Of a stretch of DNA of 64,000 bases, positions 13,285 to 26,889 are shown in pieces (positions within the stretch are counted from its first letter, which is position 1; every line of letters begins with the position of its first letter). Location: the NCBI RefSeq assembly GCF_009914755.1, contig NC_060932.1. One strand, given 5' to 3'. Position numbers and translations under genes: made by a program. The DNA comes from the human T2T-CHM13v2.0 reference genome, Homo sapiens. The notes beneath the pieces are model-generated. The model made no database searches. It saw only the letters and a program-made list of their open reading frames with translations, and had not been told where the DNA came from.

Positions 13285-15369
13285 TGTAAATGTCTAAAGT
13301 GCAGTTTAAATTCAAGGTTTCTTTATTTTCTGTCTAGATGATCTATCCAGTGCTGAAAGTGAGGTGTTAATGTTTCCAACTATTATTGCATCAAGGTCTA
13401 TCTCTCCCCTTAGCTCCAATAATATTTGATGAATATATCTGGATATTCTAGTGTTTGGTGTATATATATATTTATAATTGTTCTATTTTCTTGCAGAATT
13501 TATTTATTATTATATAATGACTTTCTTTGTATCTTTTTTATTCTGAGTCTATTTTGTCTTATATGGAAATAACTACTTCTGCATGATTTTTGTTTTCATT
13601 TGCACAAAGTATCTTTTTCCAGTTCTTCACTTACATTCTTTGTGTCTTTACCAGTGAAGTGAGTTTCTGATAAATAGCATATATTTGAGTCTTGTTTATT
13701 TATACAATCAGACTTTCTATATCTTTTAATTGTGGAATTTAAACCATTTACACACAGGTTATTATTGATAGGTAAGGACTTACTCCTGTGATTTTGTTAT
13801 TGGTATGTTTGATTATTTTATATATATTTTCTGTTCTTTTCTTCTTCCCCCTTTGTTTGTCCCTGGGATTTGTTGATTTCTATAGTGATAATTTTTAATT
13901 TCATTTTCTTTCTTAATTGTGTATCTGGTATGTCAGCACATTTTATAATTTCGTGTGTTTTCATAATAGTGATATTGCCCTTTAACTTCCAGATTTTTGA
14001 CTCCCTTAACCATTTCTTATAAGGCTGGTGTAGTGGTGATTAACCCTCTCAGTTTGTGCTTTCTGGGAATAATTATTTCCCCTTCATTTTTGAAAGTTAG
14101 ATTTGCTGGCTATAATATTCTTGAATGTCAAGTTTTTTTTCTTTGAGCATTTTGAATATATCATTCCATTTTTTTCTAGCCTGTAACATTTCCACAGATA
14201 AACATTTTGTTAGCCTTATGGGGATTCCCTTATGTGTGACATCATGATTTTCTCTTGCTCCTTTTAGAACTTTTTGTTGTTGTTGACTTTTGACTATTTG
14301 ACATTTATGTACTTCAGAAAGGGTCTTTTTGGGGTAAAGCTATTTAGGTATATTTGAACTTCCTCTGCCTGAAGGTCTATTTCTCTCCAAAAACTTGAGA
14401 AGTTTTCAGCTATGATTTTGTTATTCTATGCTTCTTCCCATCCATTTGCCTTCTGCAATTCCCAGAATGCAAACATTTGTTCAGTTAATAGCATCTCATT
14501 TATCATGTAGGCTTGCTCCATCTCCTTTTTCCTTTTTTGTCTGACTGGGATATAACAAAAAGCTGTGTTCAAAGTCAGAAATTCTTTCTTCTCCATGATT
14601 TAGTCTATTGTTGAAGCTATTGATTATATTTATTTCATTCATTAAAAGGATTTTTTTAAATGATATCTGTTTATTTTCTTATTCAGATCTCTGATTGCTT
14701 TTCTGATTTCTTTGTATTGCCTATTTGTACTCTAATATATCTTGCTGAGTTTCCTTAAGATTATTATTTTGAAACACTCTTTAGTCCTTTCATAGATTTT
14801 CTCTTAGTGGGTTCTGTTATGGGATAATTATCATATTCCTCTGAAGGTGTCATGTTTCCTAACGTATTCATGTTTCTTTTTGTCTTTGCTTTGATATCAG
14901 CCCATTTGGTGTAATAGTCACTTCTTCCAATTTTATGGAATAGTTTTCATAGTACAAGACTTTTTCCTGTGAATATATCTATAGTGTCAGTTGGGTAGTG
15001 TTTGTTAGCTTTGGTTTCGGGTGGGTAAAATAGTGTAGTCTTTGTGCGATTTGACTTTGGCTGTAATCAATGTCAGTGGTACCTGTGAGTTCCTCAGCAG
15101 CTTAGGCTGAGATTGTTTGTGAAGTCTGTGGCATGACTTTTCTGGGAATGAAGACACAGGGCAGGCCCTTGGGAAGTATATTTCGGCACCAACAATGGTG
15201 ACCAGTGGCCACAGGTGAGCAGGTCCTCAAGCTCCTGGGTGTGCTTCAAAGGTGTGCTATAGTCCCACTGCTACAGCAGCTTGGGTTCCATGATGTGGAG
15301 GGTACCCAGTATGAATGTCCTCTCTGAAAAAATGGAATCATGTGGACTTTAGTCTGATCCCTATACTAA
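13285..15369 (-). mobile_element. L1M (L1MA-type) ORF2 start, ORF1 and 5'UTR; left part
   Basis: ctgtctagatgatctatccagtgctgaaagtgaggtgttaatgtttccaactattatt (endonuclease region), then ORF1-like gccttatggggattcccttatgtgtgac. Confidence 0.8.
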
Positions 15370-15715
15370 TGATATGGTTTGGCTGTGTCCCCACCCAAAT
15401 GTCATCTTGAATTCCCATGTGTTGTGGGAGGGACTCTGTAGGAGGTAACCAAAACATGCGGGCAGGTCTTTCCCATGCTTTCTCATGATACTGCATAAGT
15501 CTCATGAGATCTGATGGTTGTAAATAGGGGAGTTTCCCTGCACAAGGTCTCTTATCTTGTCTGCTGCCATGTGAGACATGCCTTTCACCTTCTGCCATGA
15601 TTGTGAGGCCTCCCCCGCCACGTGGTACTGTAAGTCCAATAAACCTGTTTCTTTTTTTAAAAATTGCTTAGTCTCAGGTATGTCTTTATCAGCAGTGTGA
15701 AAACAAACTAATACA
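15370..15715 (+). mobile_element. THE1 (THE1A/B-like MaLR) 5' LTR
   Basis: tgatatggtttggctgtgtccccacccaaat...ctaataca; AATAAA near 15638; kappaB-like GGGAGTTTCC at 15528-15537. Confidence 0.95.
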
Positions 15716-16059
15716 GTAAACTGGTGCCAGTAGAGTGGGGTGCTGCTAAAAAGATACCCAAAAATGTAGAAGAAACTTTGGAACTGGGTAACAGGCAGGA
15801 GTTGGAACAGTTTGGAGGACTCAAAAGAAGACAGAAAATGTGAGAAAATTTGGAATCTCCTAGAGACTTGTTAAATGGCTTTTCCCAAAATGCTGATAGC
15901 GATTTGCATGATAAAGTGCAGGCTGAGGTAGTCTCAGGTGGAAATGAGGAACTTGTTGGGAACTCGAGCAAAAGTGGCTCTTGTTATGTTTGAGCAAAGT
16001 GACTGGTAGCATTTCACCCCTGCCCTAGAGATTCATGGAACTTTGAACTTGAGAGAGAA
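15716..16059 (+). mobile_element. THE1 internal region, part 1
   Basis: gtaaactggtgccagtagagtggggtgctgctaaaaagatacc directly follows the LTR. Confidence 0.93.
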
Positions 16060-17661
16060 TTTTTAAAAATTTTTTCATAAGTTATTGGGGTACATGTGGT
16101 ATTTGGTTATGTGAGTAAGTTCTTTAGTGGTGATTTGTGAGATTTTGATGCACCCATCACTTGAACAGTATACACTGCACCCTATTTGTAGTATTTTTTC
16201 TCTCGTTCTCTCCCACTCTTTCCCCCAAGTCTCCAACGTCCATTGTATCATTCTTATGCCTTAGCACCCTCATAGCTTAGCTCCCAGATATCAATGAGAA
16301 CATAACGATGTTTGGTTTTCCATTCCTGAGTTACTTCACTTAGAATAATATTCTCTAGTCTCATTCGGGTCACTGAAAATGCCGTTAATTTATTCCTTTT
16401 TATGGCTGAGTAGTATTCCATTGTATAAATGTATCACAGTTTCTTTATCCACTCATTGATTGATGGGCATTTAGGTTGGTTCCACGATTTTGCAATTGCA
16501 AATTGTGTTGCTATAAACATGTGTGTGTAACTGTCTTTTTCATATAATGACTTCTTTTCCTCTGGGCAGATATCCAGTAATGGGATTGATGGATCAATTG
16601 GTAGCTCTACTTTTTGTTCTCTGAGGTATCTCCACACCGTTTTCATAGTGGGTTGCACTAGTTTACATTCCCACCAGGAGTGTAGAAGTGTTCCCTGTTC
16701 ACCACATCCATGCCAACATTGACTGTTTTTTGATTTTTTTTATTATGGCCATTTTTGCAGGAGCAAGATGGTATCGCATTGTGGTTCAGATTTGTATTTT
16801 CCTGATCATTAGTGATGTTGAGCATTTTTTCATATGCTTTGTTGGCCATTTGTATATCTTCTTTTGAGAATTATCTATTCATGTCCTTAGCCCACTTTTT
16901 GATGGGATTGTTTGATTTTCTCTTGCTGATTTGTTTGAGTTTGTTGTAGATTCTGGATATTAGTCTGTTGTCAGATGTATAGATTGTGAAGATTTTCTTC
17001 TACTCTGTGGGTTGTCTGTTTACTCTGCTGATTGTTACTTTTGACATGCAAAAGCTCTTTAGTTTAATTAAGTCCCAACTATTTATCTTTTTTTTATTGC
17101 ATTAGCTTTTGGGTTCTTGGTCATGAAATCCTTGCCTAAGTCAACATCTAGAAAGATTTTTTCAATGTTATCTTCTAGAATTTTTATTGTTTCAGGTCTT
17201 AGATTTAAGTCCTTAATCCATCTTGAGTTAATTTTTGTATAAGGTGAGAGATGAGGATCCAGTTTCATTCTCCTACATGTGGCTTGCCAATTATCCCAGC
17301 ACCATTTGTTGAAAACGGTGTTCTTTCCCCACTTTATGTTTTTGTTTCCTTTGTTAAAGATCAGTTGGCTCTAAGTATTTGGGTTTATTTCTGGGTTCAA
17401 TATTCTGTTCCATTGGTCTGCTTGCCTATTGTTATACCAATACCATGCTGTTATGGTGACTATGGCTTTAAAGTATAGTTTAAATTCAGGTAGTGTGATT
17501 ATGTCTCCAGATTTGTTCTTTCTGCTTAGTCTTGCTTTGGCTATGCAGGCTCTTTTTTTTTTTTTTTTTTTTTTGGTTCCACAGGAATTTTATTTTATTT
17601 TTTCTAATTCTGGTGTTTTGGCAGGGATTGCATTGAATTTGGAGATTGCTTTTGGCACTAT
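16060..17661 (-). mobile_element. L1PB1 3' segment inserted in THE1-int
   Basis: cataagttattggggtacatgtggtatttggttatgtgagtaagttctttagtggtgatttgtgag; ORF2 peptide [32 protein letters not shown]. Confidence 0.93.
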
Positions 17662-18433
17662 TCAACACTAAAATAGTAGGACACTTCAATACTCCACTGA
17701 CAGCATTAGACAGGTCATCAAGACAGAAAGTCAACAAAGAAACAATGGATTTAAATTATACATTGGAAAAATGGACTTAACATATATGTATATATACAGA
17801 ATATTCCATCCAACAACCACAGAATATACATTCCATTTAACAGCACATGAAACTTTCTCCAAGATAGACCATATGATAGGCATAAAACAAGCCTCAATAA
17901 ATTTAAGAAAATTGAAATATATCAAGCACTCTCTCAGACTGCAGTAGAATAAAACTGGAAATCAACTCCAAAAGGAATCTTCAAAACCATGCAAATACAT
18001 GGAAATTAAATAACCTGCTCTTGAATGAACATTGCATCAAAAACTAAATCAAGATGCAAATTAAAAAATTCTTCAAACTGAATGACAATGAATGACACAA
18101 CCTATCAAACCTCTGGGATACAGTAAAGGTGGTGCTAAGAGTAAAGTTCATAACTGTAAATGCCTACATCAAAAAGACTGAAAGAGCACAAACTGACATT
18201 CTAAGGTCACACCTTAAGGAACCAGGGAAACAAGAACAAACCAAACCTGAACCCAGCAGAAGAAAGGAAATAATCAAGATCAGAGGAGAACTAAATGAAA
18301 TTAAAACAACAACAACAAAAATACAAAACATAAATGAAACAAAAAACTGGTACTTTGAAAAGCTAAATAAAATTGACAGTCCATTAACAAGATTAACCAA
18401 GAAAAGAAGAGAGAAAATCCAAATAACCTCATT
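17662..18433 (+). mobile_element. Inverted 5' segment of the same L1PB1 (ORF2 endonuclease/linker region)
   Basis: Plus-strand ORF2 cacttcaatactccactgacagcattagacagg and peptide VLRVKFITVNAYIKK...KKRREKIQI, directly abutting the minus-strand segment. Confidence 0.9.
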
Positions 18434-18436
18434 GGT

Positions 18437-19673
18437 AGAGATGATTTAGGGAATCTGGTAGAAGAAATTCCTAACCAGCAAAGCATTCAAGAGGTGACTT
18501 AAGTGCTGTTAAAGGCATTCAGTTTTATATGGGAAGCAGAGCATAAAAGTTTAGAAAATTTGCATCCTGATAATGTGATAGAAAAGAAAATCCCATTTTC
18601 TGAGGAAAAATTCAAGCCTGCTGCAGAAATTTGCATAAGTAACAAGGATCCAAATGTCAATCCCCAAGACAATGGGGAAAATGTCTTCAGGGCATGTCAG
18701 ATGTCTTCACTGCAGCCTCTCCCATCACAGGCCAGTAGATTTAGGAGGAAAAAAGTGGTTTCATGGGCCAGGCCCAGGGTCCTCATATTGTGTGCAGCCT
18801 AGGGACTTGGTGCCCTGCGTCTCAGCTGCTCCAGCCATGGCTGAAAAGAGGCAATGCAGAGCTCGGGCCATGGCTTCAGAAGTTGCAAGCCCCAAACCTT
18901 GGCAGTTTCCATGTGGTGTTGAGTCTACGAGTGAACAGAATTCAAGAATTGAGGTTTGGGAACATCTGCCTAGATTTCAGAAGATGTATGGAAATGCCTG
19001 GATGCCCAGGCAGAAGTTTGCTGCAAGGGTGAGGCCCTCATCGATAACCTCTGCTAGGGCAGTGGAGAAGGGAAATGTGGGGTCAGAGCCCCCACACAGG
19101 GTTCTGGGGCACTGCCTCGTGGAGCTATGGGAAGAAGGCTGTCATCCTCATGACACCAGAATGGTAGATCCACTGACAGCTTGCACCATGCACCTGGAAA
19201 AGCCACATGCACTCAATTCCAGCCTGTAAAGGTAGCCGAGAGGGAGGCTGTATCCTGCAAAGCCACAGGGGCGGACCTGACCAAGACCATGGGAACCAAC
19301 CTCTTGCATCAGCATGACCTGGATATGAGACATGGAGTCAAAGAAGATCATTTTGGAGCTTTTAGATTTGACTGCCCTCCTGGATTTTGGACTTGCATGC
19401 CACCTGTAGCTCCTTTGTTTTGGCCAGTTTCTCCCACTTAGAATGGCTGTATTTATCCAATGCCTGTACCCCTGTTGTATCTAGGAAGTAACTAACTTGC
19501 TTTTGATTTTACAGGCTCAGAGGCAGAAGGGACTTGCCTTGTCTCAGATGACATTTTGATTGTGGACTTTTGAGTTAATGCTGAAATGAGTTAAGACTTT
19601 GGGGAACTGTTGGGAAGGGATGATTGGTTTTGAAATGTGAGGATATGAGATTTGGGAGGGGCCAGGGGCATAA
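18437..19673 (+). mobile_element. THE1 internal region, part 2, with decayed MaLR ORF
   Basis: Resumes at agagatgatttagggaatctgg; peptide CVQPRDLVPC...ASPKPWQ..RFQKMYGNAW; ends in polypurine tract gggaggggccagggg. Confidence 0.93.
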
Positions 19674-20358
<685 letters not shown>

Positions 20359-20706
20359 CTAAGCTCAGGGCCTGTTAACACTGAGAGGCTCCCTGATAAC
20401 TAGGATTCTTGGCATCTGTGATGAAAATGTGGACTGCTGGGGATCTTCTGATTATCTTTTCCCTGAAACGGAGAACTCCTTTTGGTTTATAACTGGTGTC
20501 TGGCTGGCTGCTTTGCTCCCCACACTATTCTGCTATCCTGAGTCTCCATGTCTCAGAGGGTCTTTGTCATTGCCATGCTGAATTCCAGTGGTCTCCCTTA
20601 GAAGCTCTGCTCAATGTGTGGTTATCTGATCACTGTCTTCATCTCTCTTTTTGGAGGAGGTGAGTGTTGTGTGCATTGAGTCAGCTATCTTGATGACATC
20701 TTTCTC
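20359..20706 (-). mobile_element. L1M 5'UTR terminus; right part of the element split by THE1
   Basis: Ends gtcagctatcttgatgacatc, the reverse complement of a typical L1M start gatgtcatcaagatagctgac. Confidence 0.8.
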
Positions 20707-22179
20707 ATTTATTTTTAGCTGTAGTGTTTTTCTCTGCCAGGTGAGGGCGATATTATTTTGAAGTAAATCATTTACTTGCAAGACCACTTCAAATACTGTC
20801 TTTTATTGAATGATAGTGTTCAGAGACAGTCACAATTCTAAGTTTATGAGCTGTTAAACAATCCCTTATATCTGTTACATAAAATGTAGTCCAGAAGAAA
20901 TTGAAGTCAGTACTCATATTTTTGGTAAAATATTGATTAAAATCCTTTCTTAATTATACTGTATAAATAGAGAAAGACCCATTCATTTCTGTTTTTTGAT
21001 ACATTTGAATAAAAAGAAAGTTGTTATGAATTTATTATATTACTTCAGAATTAATTAAATATAATTGTAAGATATTGCAGTTCTTATGGGGAAAGCAATG
21101 TGGATATAAGAAAATCTCATTATCAAAAAATTTTGTATGCAAATTAAAATTTACTTATGTGAATTAGATGAGATAAATAAAAAACTTACATATACATTTT
21201 CAGAGCTATTAAAGCATAATATACAAAATAGAAAACAAGAAACATTTAATTAAAAAATTAATAAGTGGTAGATGAGGAGCTCAAAATTATAAGTAACTGA
21301 TATTTATTTGACCTCTGTATTCTCTGTAAGTAGTAGAAAGAAAGATATAGCAAGTGAATTGATGGGAAGAAAAAGGCAATTAGATAAGAACATAGAGGGA
21401 AAAGAGAAAATTTTCAAAAATAGTTTTGCTTGTTTAATCTTATGGCCAATAAATGTGAGTATGATAATATGAAAAACTCACACAAAAAGATAAGAAATGT
21501 ATAATAAAATATTTTTAATTTTATACTATCATAAAATTAAGAAGAAAAAAGGAAGAGAAGAATAAGTTGTTTTAAAAAATGTAAGAACACTTTATCCCCT
21601 AGCATAGTAACCAAATTGAGACATTGCTTGTTATCTAGGGAAGAATATGTTTATAAACAATTTAAAATTGCTTGTGCAGGTTGGTATAACCAAGAAGCAT
21701 GAAGAGTACAAATAAGTAAATATGGAAAGAATTATCTTATTTTAATAGAAACCAATATCTAATTTATAATAAATGTAGGGTGGTCATGCATGGTTTAGGA
21801 CAGGCCTAGGGCATCTGTTTTTATAATGCTTACAAAGCATTATTGTCTACAAGAGTGGGAACAGATCAGGAGCCAATGGCTTACTCAGCTTGCATAGTCT
21901 CTTTCATATACATGGACAGTGTACTACAGCTCACTGTGCTCAGTTGCAACCTCTCATCAAGAATTTCTAGAAGATACTTTGCAAGCTCATGCAAGTAACA
22001 GTTGGGCTCCCTGATTTAGAAACATTGCTGACAGACTTTTTTTTCCCTTCTTTGGTCTCTCTATGAAAGGAGGGAAAGAATATTTTCACATTAAGACATA
22101 AAAGAAAGAAATAACTTACCCTTAAGCTTTAGTAGAAGTAGACTTACAAATTAGAGTAGGTATAATTATGAGGGTCGTG

Positions 22180-22600
22180 TTAAGAAATAATGTTATAATA
22201 AGGAGTGATTTCAGTGTTTAAAGGAGGGAGGATTACAAATGTGGATAGAATGAAGGTAAAACTATGAAACTATGATAAAGAAATCTGGGTCTAGCAGCAA
22301 TGGGAAACTACTATCACCCTTGGAATTAAAAGGACATGCAGAATGAGCTGTTAGAATTAAGCAGAAACTATACCTGCAGAACATGACCACTAGGTGGTAT
22401 TTATAAACTTGGTTAAAAAAAATTGAGGCTGTTTTTTGAACCAAGCATAGGAAAGATGTCATGAAATTCCCAGGTAATGCAGTACATAGTAATCAAATTT
22501 CAAGTACAGAGAGCTGGGCAGAAAATGGATCTGGAAAAACTAAAAGGATACCCAACATAGTCTACTCATTTCTCTCATAGCATTCACTCTTGTTTTTACT
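22180..22600 (-). mobile_element. Ancient ERVL LTR (LTR33/LTR41-group-like), probably with adjoining internal stub
   Basis: ctagcagcaatgggaaactactatcaccct...atggatctggaaaaactaaaaggatacccaaca. Confidence 0.45.
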
Positions 22601-22989
22601 TCCAGAAAAAGGAACTTTTTCTCCAAATCCTGGAGACAAAGTCCTATCATCTACCTTATAGTTCAGTGATATGAATCCAGGAACACTTCTCTGATGAGCT
22701 GAATTGTGACCCTACACCCAAAATTATGTTGAATTTCTAATCCATGTTACCTGTGAATGCGACTTTATTTGAAAATAGGGTTATGATGGATATGATAAAG
22801 TTAAAATTAGGTCATTAGATCCCTAATCCAATATGACTCACATCCTTTTAAGAAGAAAAGAATTTGGACACAGACAGACAAACACACAGATAATTCCAGG
22901 TGATGACACACAGGGAAAGAGGATTAAAAATAAAATCTTCTAACATCTTAGAAATCCTCCTCACAGAGGTAGTAGGGGAAAAATATATT

Positions 22990-23002
22990 TTTCCTTCTTT
23001 CC

Positions 23003-23069
<67 letters not shown>

Positions 23070-23380
23070 TCCTTCCTTCCTTCCTTCTCTCCTTCTTTCT
23101 TTCTCTTTCCCCTCCCTCCCTTCCTTCCTTCTTTTATTTTCTTTCTTTCTTCCTTTCTTTCTTTTCTCTCTCCTTCCTTCCTTCTTTCCTTCCTTCCTTC
23201 CTTCCCTCCCTTCCTTCCTTGCTCCTTCTTTCCTTCCTTCCTTTCTTTCTTTCCTTCTTTCTTTCCTTCTTTCCTTCCTTCCTTCCTTCCCTCCCACCCT
23301 TCCTCCCTTCTTTCTTTGTTTCTTTGTTTCTTTCTGTGTTTCTTTCTTTCTTTGTTTCTTTCTTTCTTTCTCTCTTTTTC
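22990..23380. repeat. Compound (CTTT)n/(CCTT)n microsatellite derived from an Alu tail; perfect (CTTT)17 at 23003-23070
   Basis: About 390-nt, almost pure pyrimidine tract read directly. Confidence 0.97.
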
Positions 23381-23652
23381 TCAGTCTGTCACTCAGGCTA
23401 GGGTGCAATGGCCTGATCATGGCTCATTGCAGCCTCAGCCTCTCTGGGCTCAGGTGAACCTCCCATCTTAGCCTCACAAATAACTGGAACTACAGGCTTG
23501 TACCACCATGCCTGGCTTTTTTTTTTTTTTTTTGTAGAGACAGGGTTTTGCCATGTTGTCCAGGCTGGTCCTGACCTCCTGGGATCAAAAGATTCACCTG
23601 TGCTGGCCTCTGAAAGCACCAGAATTACAGTTGGGAGCCACCATGCCCTGCC
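23381..23652 (-). mobile_element. AluJ body
   Basis: ggctcattgcagcctcagcctctctgggctcaggtga; degenerate TSD aaaata(ta)tttttc outside tail and head. Confidence 0.9.
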
Positions 23653-24994
23653 AAAATATTTTTCTTACCCAATAAACATTAAATCAAAACTTGATATATA
23701 TCACAGACAATCCACTAAGAGATTCAAGGACAGAAATAAAATTCCAACCTTTTCTGTAGTTAAGCAGAATCCATGTTTCATACATGTTCTGTAGATAAAC
23801 AATATGTAGTTCTCAGGTAAGAAGTTCCTCTTACACATAATTCATCCTAACTTTACCTGGTTATTAAGGTGGCCTGTTGTTAGCAAACTGGCTATATCCA
23901 AAAGAAAAACAAACTTCTTATGTTTTTATGACATGAGCTAGGTTTGCAACTTGAAGAATGGCACCCACTGAAGTTAGGCTCCTAGCCTCCCACACAAACT
24001 GGGAGATAGGGCTAGTATCTCCCTTCTTGTTGACATTTCAAAGAGATGACTCCCAAGTTTTTGAGAAAGATGTTCTTGAATCATAAAGATGATAAAAGGT
24101 CTATTTAGTTTACAAAAAGATCTCATTACATTTCAAAGAGAGGAGAAAGTACTTGCAATTTTATGTTTTCTAAAGTAGATGCTCTAAGAAAAAGGAGGGA
24201 AGAGAATCTCTTTCCTTAATTTTAACAGGGACAATGAAGCCTCTTATTTTTAGTTTGTATTTGTTCTTACAAGACAGAATAAGACATTGGACGTATGACA
24301 TCACAAGCCAAGGATTATTCCGAGCTACCAGAAACTGGAGGAGGCAAAGAAATATCCTCCCCTAAGGTTTTAAAGGACACATGGCCCTAATCAACATCTT
24401 GATTTCAGGCTTCTAGCTTCCCAAACTATGAGAGAACAAATATATGTTGTAAGCCACCCAGTGTATAGTACTTTGTTTTGGGAACCTTCGGAAACTAAAC
24501 TCTCATCTAGAACTTTAAATGTTAGCATACAACATTGCCTTCATTTCAGGTAGGAGAAAACATTGTGCAAATTTAGGAAAAGACAAAATGAATTAACCCA
24601 AATCATAGTTACTTTAGTCTTCCGTTGACCAGTCACAAAGCCTATGTTGATAATGAAAGCTTCCTACTTGGGCTGCCCATTTCTCTTTCTCATACTCTCC
24701 ACCAGGAACATGGTGGATTAGAGAAGCTTACCAAGTGCTGGCATCCTAAATTTAATTCCCTCAAAATCCGACTCCTTAGCAGTCCTGAGAATTTTCCCAT
24801 TAACCAGTAATATTAGCAATACTAACAATATCCCCTGATTTCCAAACATGGGCAAGTGGTATTCTCAAATTTCATTTCAGATGACGTATTACCTGACAGA
24901 ATTATTAGTTACTGGGACCTCAAAAGCCACTGAGCCCAGTGCCATGGAGGTGCAAGAAAAAATTCCCTAAGTGAATGACAAAGTATAAGGAGAA

Positions 24995-25318
24995 AGATTA
25001 CTGGCTCTCCATCTGCTTCCACTTCTTCAGGCTGCTTCCTCTCCTGGAGGAAGATAGAGGCAAGCCAGTATGTGTAGATATGACATGGCAAGAGAGGAAG
25101 GCAGACAGCATAAGGGGAGGTACCAGCCTCTTTTAAACAACCAGCTGCCACAGTAACTAACAGAGCAAGAATTCACTGTCTACCCTAAGGACAACACCAA
25201 GACATTCAAGAGAGATCTACCCTTATGACCCAAACACCTAATATTTTGCCCCATCTCCAAAATTGAGGGACAAATTTTAACATGAACTTTAGAGGGATCA
25301 AATATCCAAACCATAGCA
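24995..25318 (-). mobile_element. MSTB1-like MaLR LTR, partial
   Basis: ccagcctcttttaaacaaccagct...atgacccaaacacct...atccaaaccatagca. Confidence 0.75.
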
Positions 25319-26889
25319 GATGCCACAATGATGAATCAAGTATGTTTAAGTCCATACATTATACTATTACCTGTTTTAGGACAAATGAAATAACAGCAAC
25401 GAAGGATAGAACAGAATTACAGACACTTAAAATAAAAGATGAAATAGTGTATTTTGAACACATTTTGTCAATAAATTTGGCATTTTAATAAACAAGTACA
25501 TACTGCTTAAAAGGCACAACTTATCAAAACTGACAGAATAATAAAATAGAAATCAGGAAATGTCTATACCTAGTACAATAATTGATGACAAAACAGAAAA
25601 TAAATATGTAGACACAAATGATTGCAACAATAAAATTTTATTGAATAATGAAAACAAATACTACACAAACTCATTCAGAAAAGACAATATATGAGAAAAC
25701 TTCCCAACTCTTCTAAGTTAGTGACATCACCTTAAGTTTAAAACCTCAATTAAGATATTACAGGACAAGAAAATAAGAAGCCAATCACTCTTATCATCAT
25801 AAATGCAAAATATTAGCAAATTTAAGTCAGATCTATATTTAAAAATATGTTATGACAAATTTTAACATATTTACTTCAGTGTTTATTATTTTAAATTGAA
25901 TCATTATAACTTTTTGAGTTAGAGTAAATGAGGAAATAAATTTCACTTTCTGTAACACCAAAACTGCACAGAAAACAAAATCTCAGAAACATTTATGTGA
26001 CAAATACTATAAAAACTGTAAAAACTATAAAACAAACCTGTATAGATTCTAGGGAAAATATTTTATTCAATGATAAAATATTACAATTTCCTTTAACTCA
26101 GGGAGAAGATAAAAATATCCCCTATCTCCACATCTACCTAAGGTATTACTACAAGTTTCAGCTACTCTAATAAGGAAAAAGACAAAGGATGCAAACTGGA
26201 AAGGAAGAAATAGAATGCTATTATGTATAAGTGACATTATGTTCAGGTGACATTACATATACTATTACTAAGTGAAATTATAAAAGTTACTATAATAAGT
26301 AAATGTGTAAAAATAAATTTTATTTCAATAAACCAAAAGCCAACAATTATAAAGTTTTTCTGTTAAATTTGACACTTTGGTTCTAAAGTATTTGTGGAGA
26401 AAGTTGATGATAGCAAAGATAATCATAAAAAATAGTTAACACAAATCTTACAAAAAAGTAAGAAAAGTGTTTTTTTTACAAAACCAGATGAAAAATTATT
26501 ACAAAGCAAAAAACAAAATAAAATATTTGCATAAAGATAGAAAACTATAATGATGAAAAAGAATTTAGTGGTCAGTACTGACCCAACCATGCTAGTAAAA
26601 TAGTTTATAGTAACTTTGTTCCTACAAAGCTGTGTAGAAAGATAGTGCTTCGAAGGAACAGTGTTATGGTAAATGAAAATTGATACATAAAAATAAACAA
26701 GCCTTGTTATCTAAGTCATATAATAATAATAAATATTACATGCAAAAGCATCTTAGAGAAAGATGTGAAAGACAAACCAATAAAGCATCTAGCTAGGGAA
26801 AAATGTAAAGAGAATGTTTTATGACCATGGGATAGTAATAATAATCAGAATAAAAGACAGAAGTGGCTATAAAAATATTTGGTAAAATG

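Larger units (their letters stand above)
22921..24271 (-). mobile_element. MER34-like ERV1 LTR inserted in MLT1, itself split by an Alu
   Basis: gaagttaggctcctagcctcccacacaaactgggagatagg...aagcctcttatttttagtttgtatttgttcttaca. Confidence 0.8.
22690..24501 (+). mobile_element. MLT1B/C MaLR LTR in two pieces (about 22690-22920 and 24272-24501)
   Basis: tgaattgtgacc...ccctaatccaatatgact; resumes cacaagccaagga...aagccacccagtgtatagtactttgtt. Confidence 0.8.

Noticed and set aside
18654-19229. 191-aa ORF
   Set aside because: Frameshifted remnant of the THE1 internal ORF; no sign of a host gene
22848-23457. 190-aa and 185-aa ORFs on opposite strands
   Set aside because: Translations of the (CTTT)/(CCTT) microsatellite and the adjacent Alu; stop-free only because of low complexity
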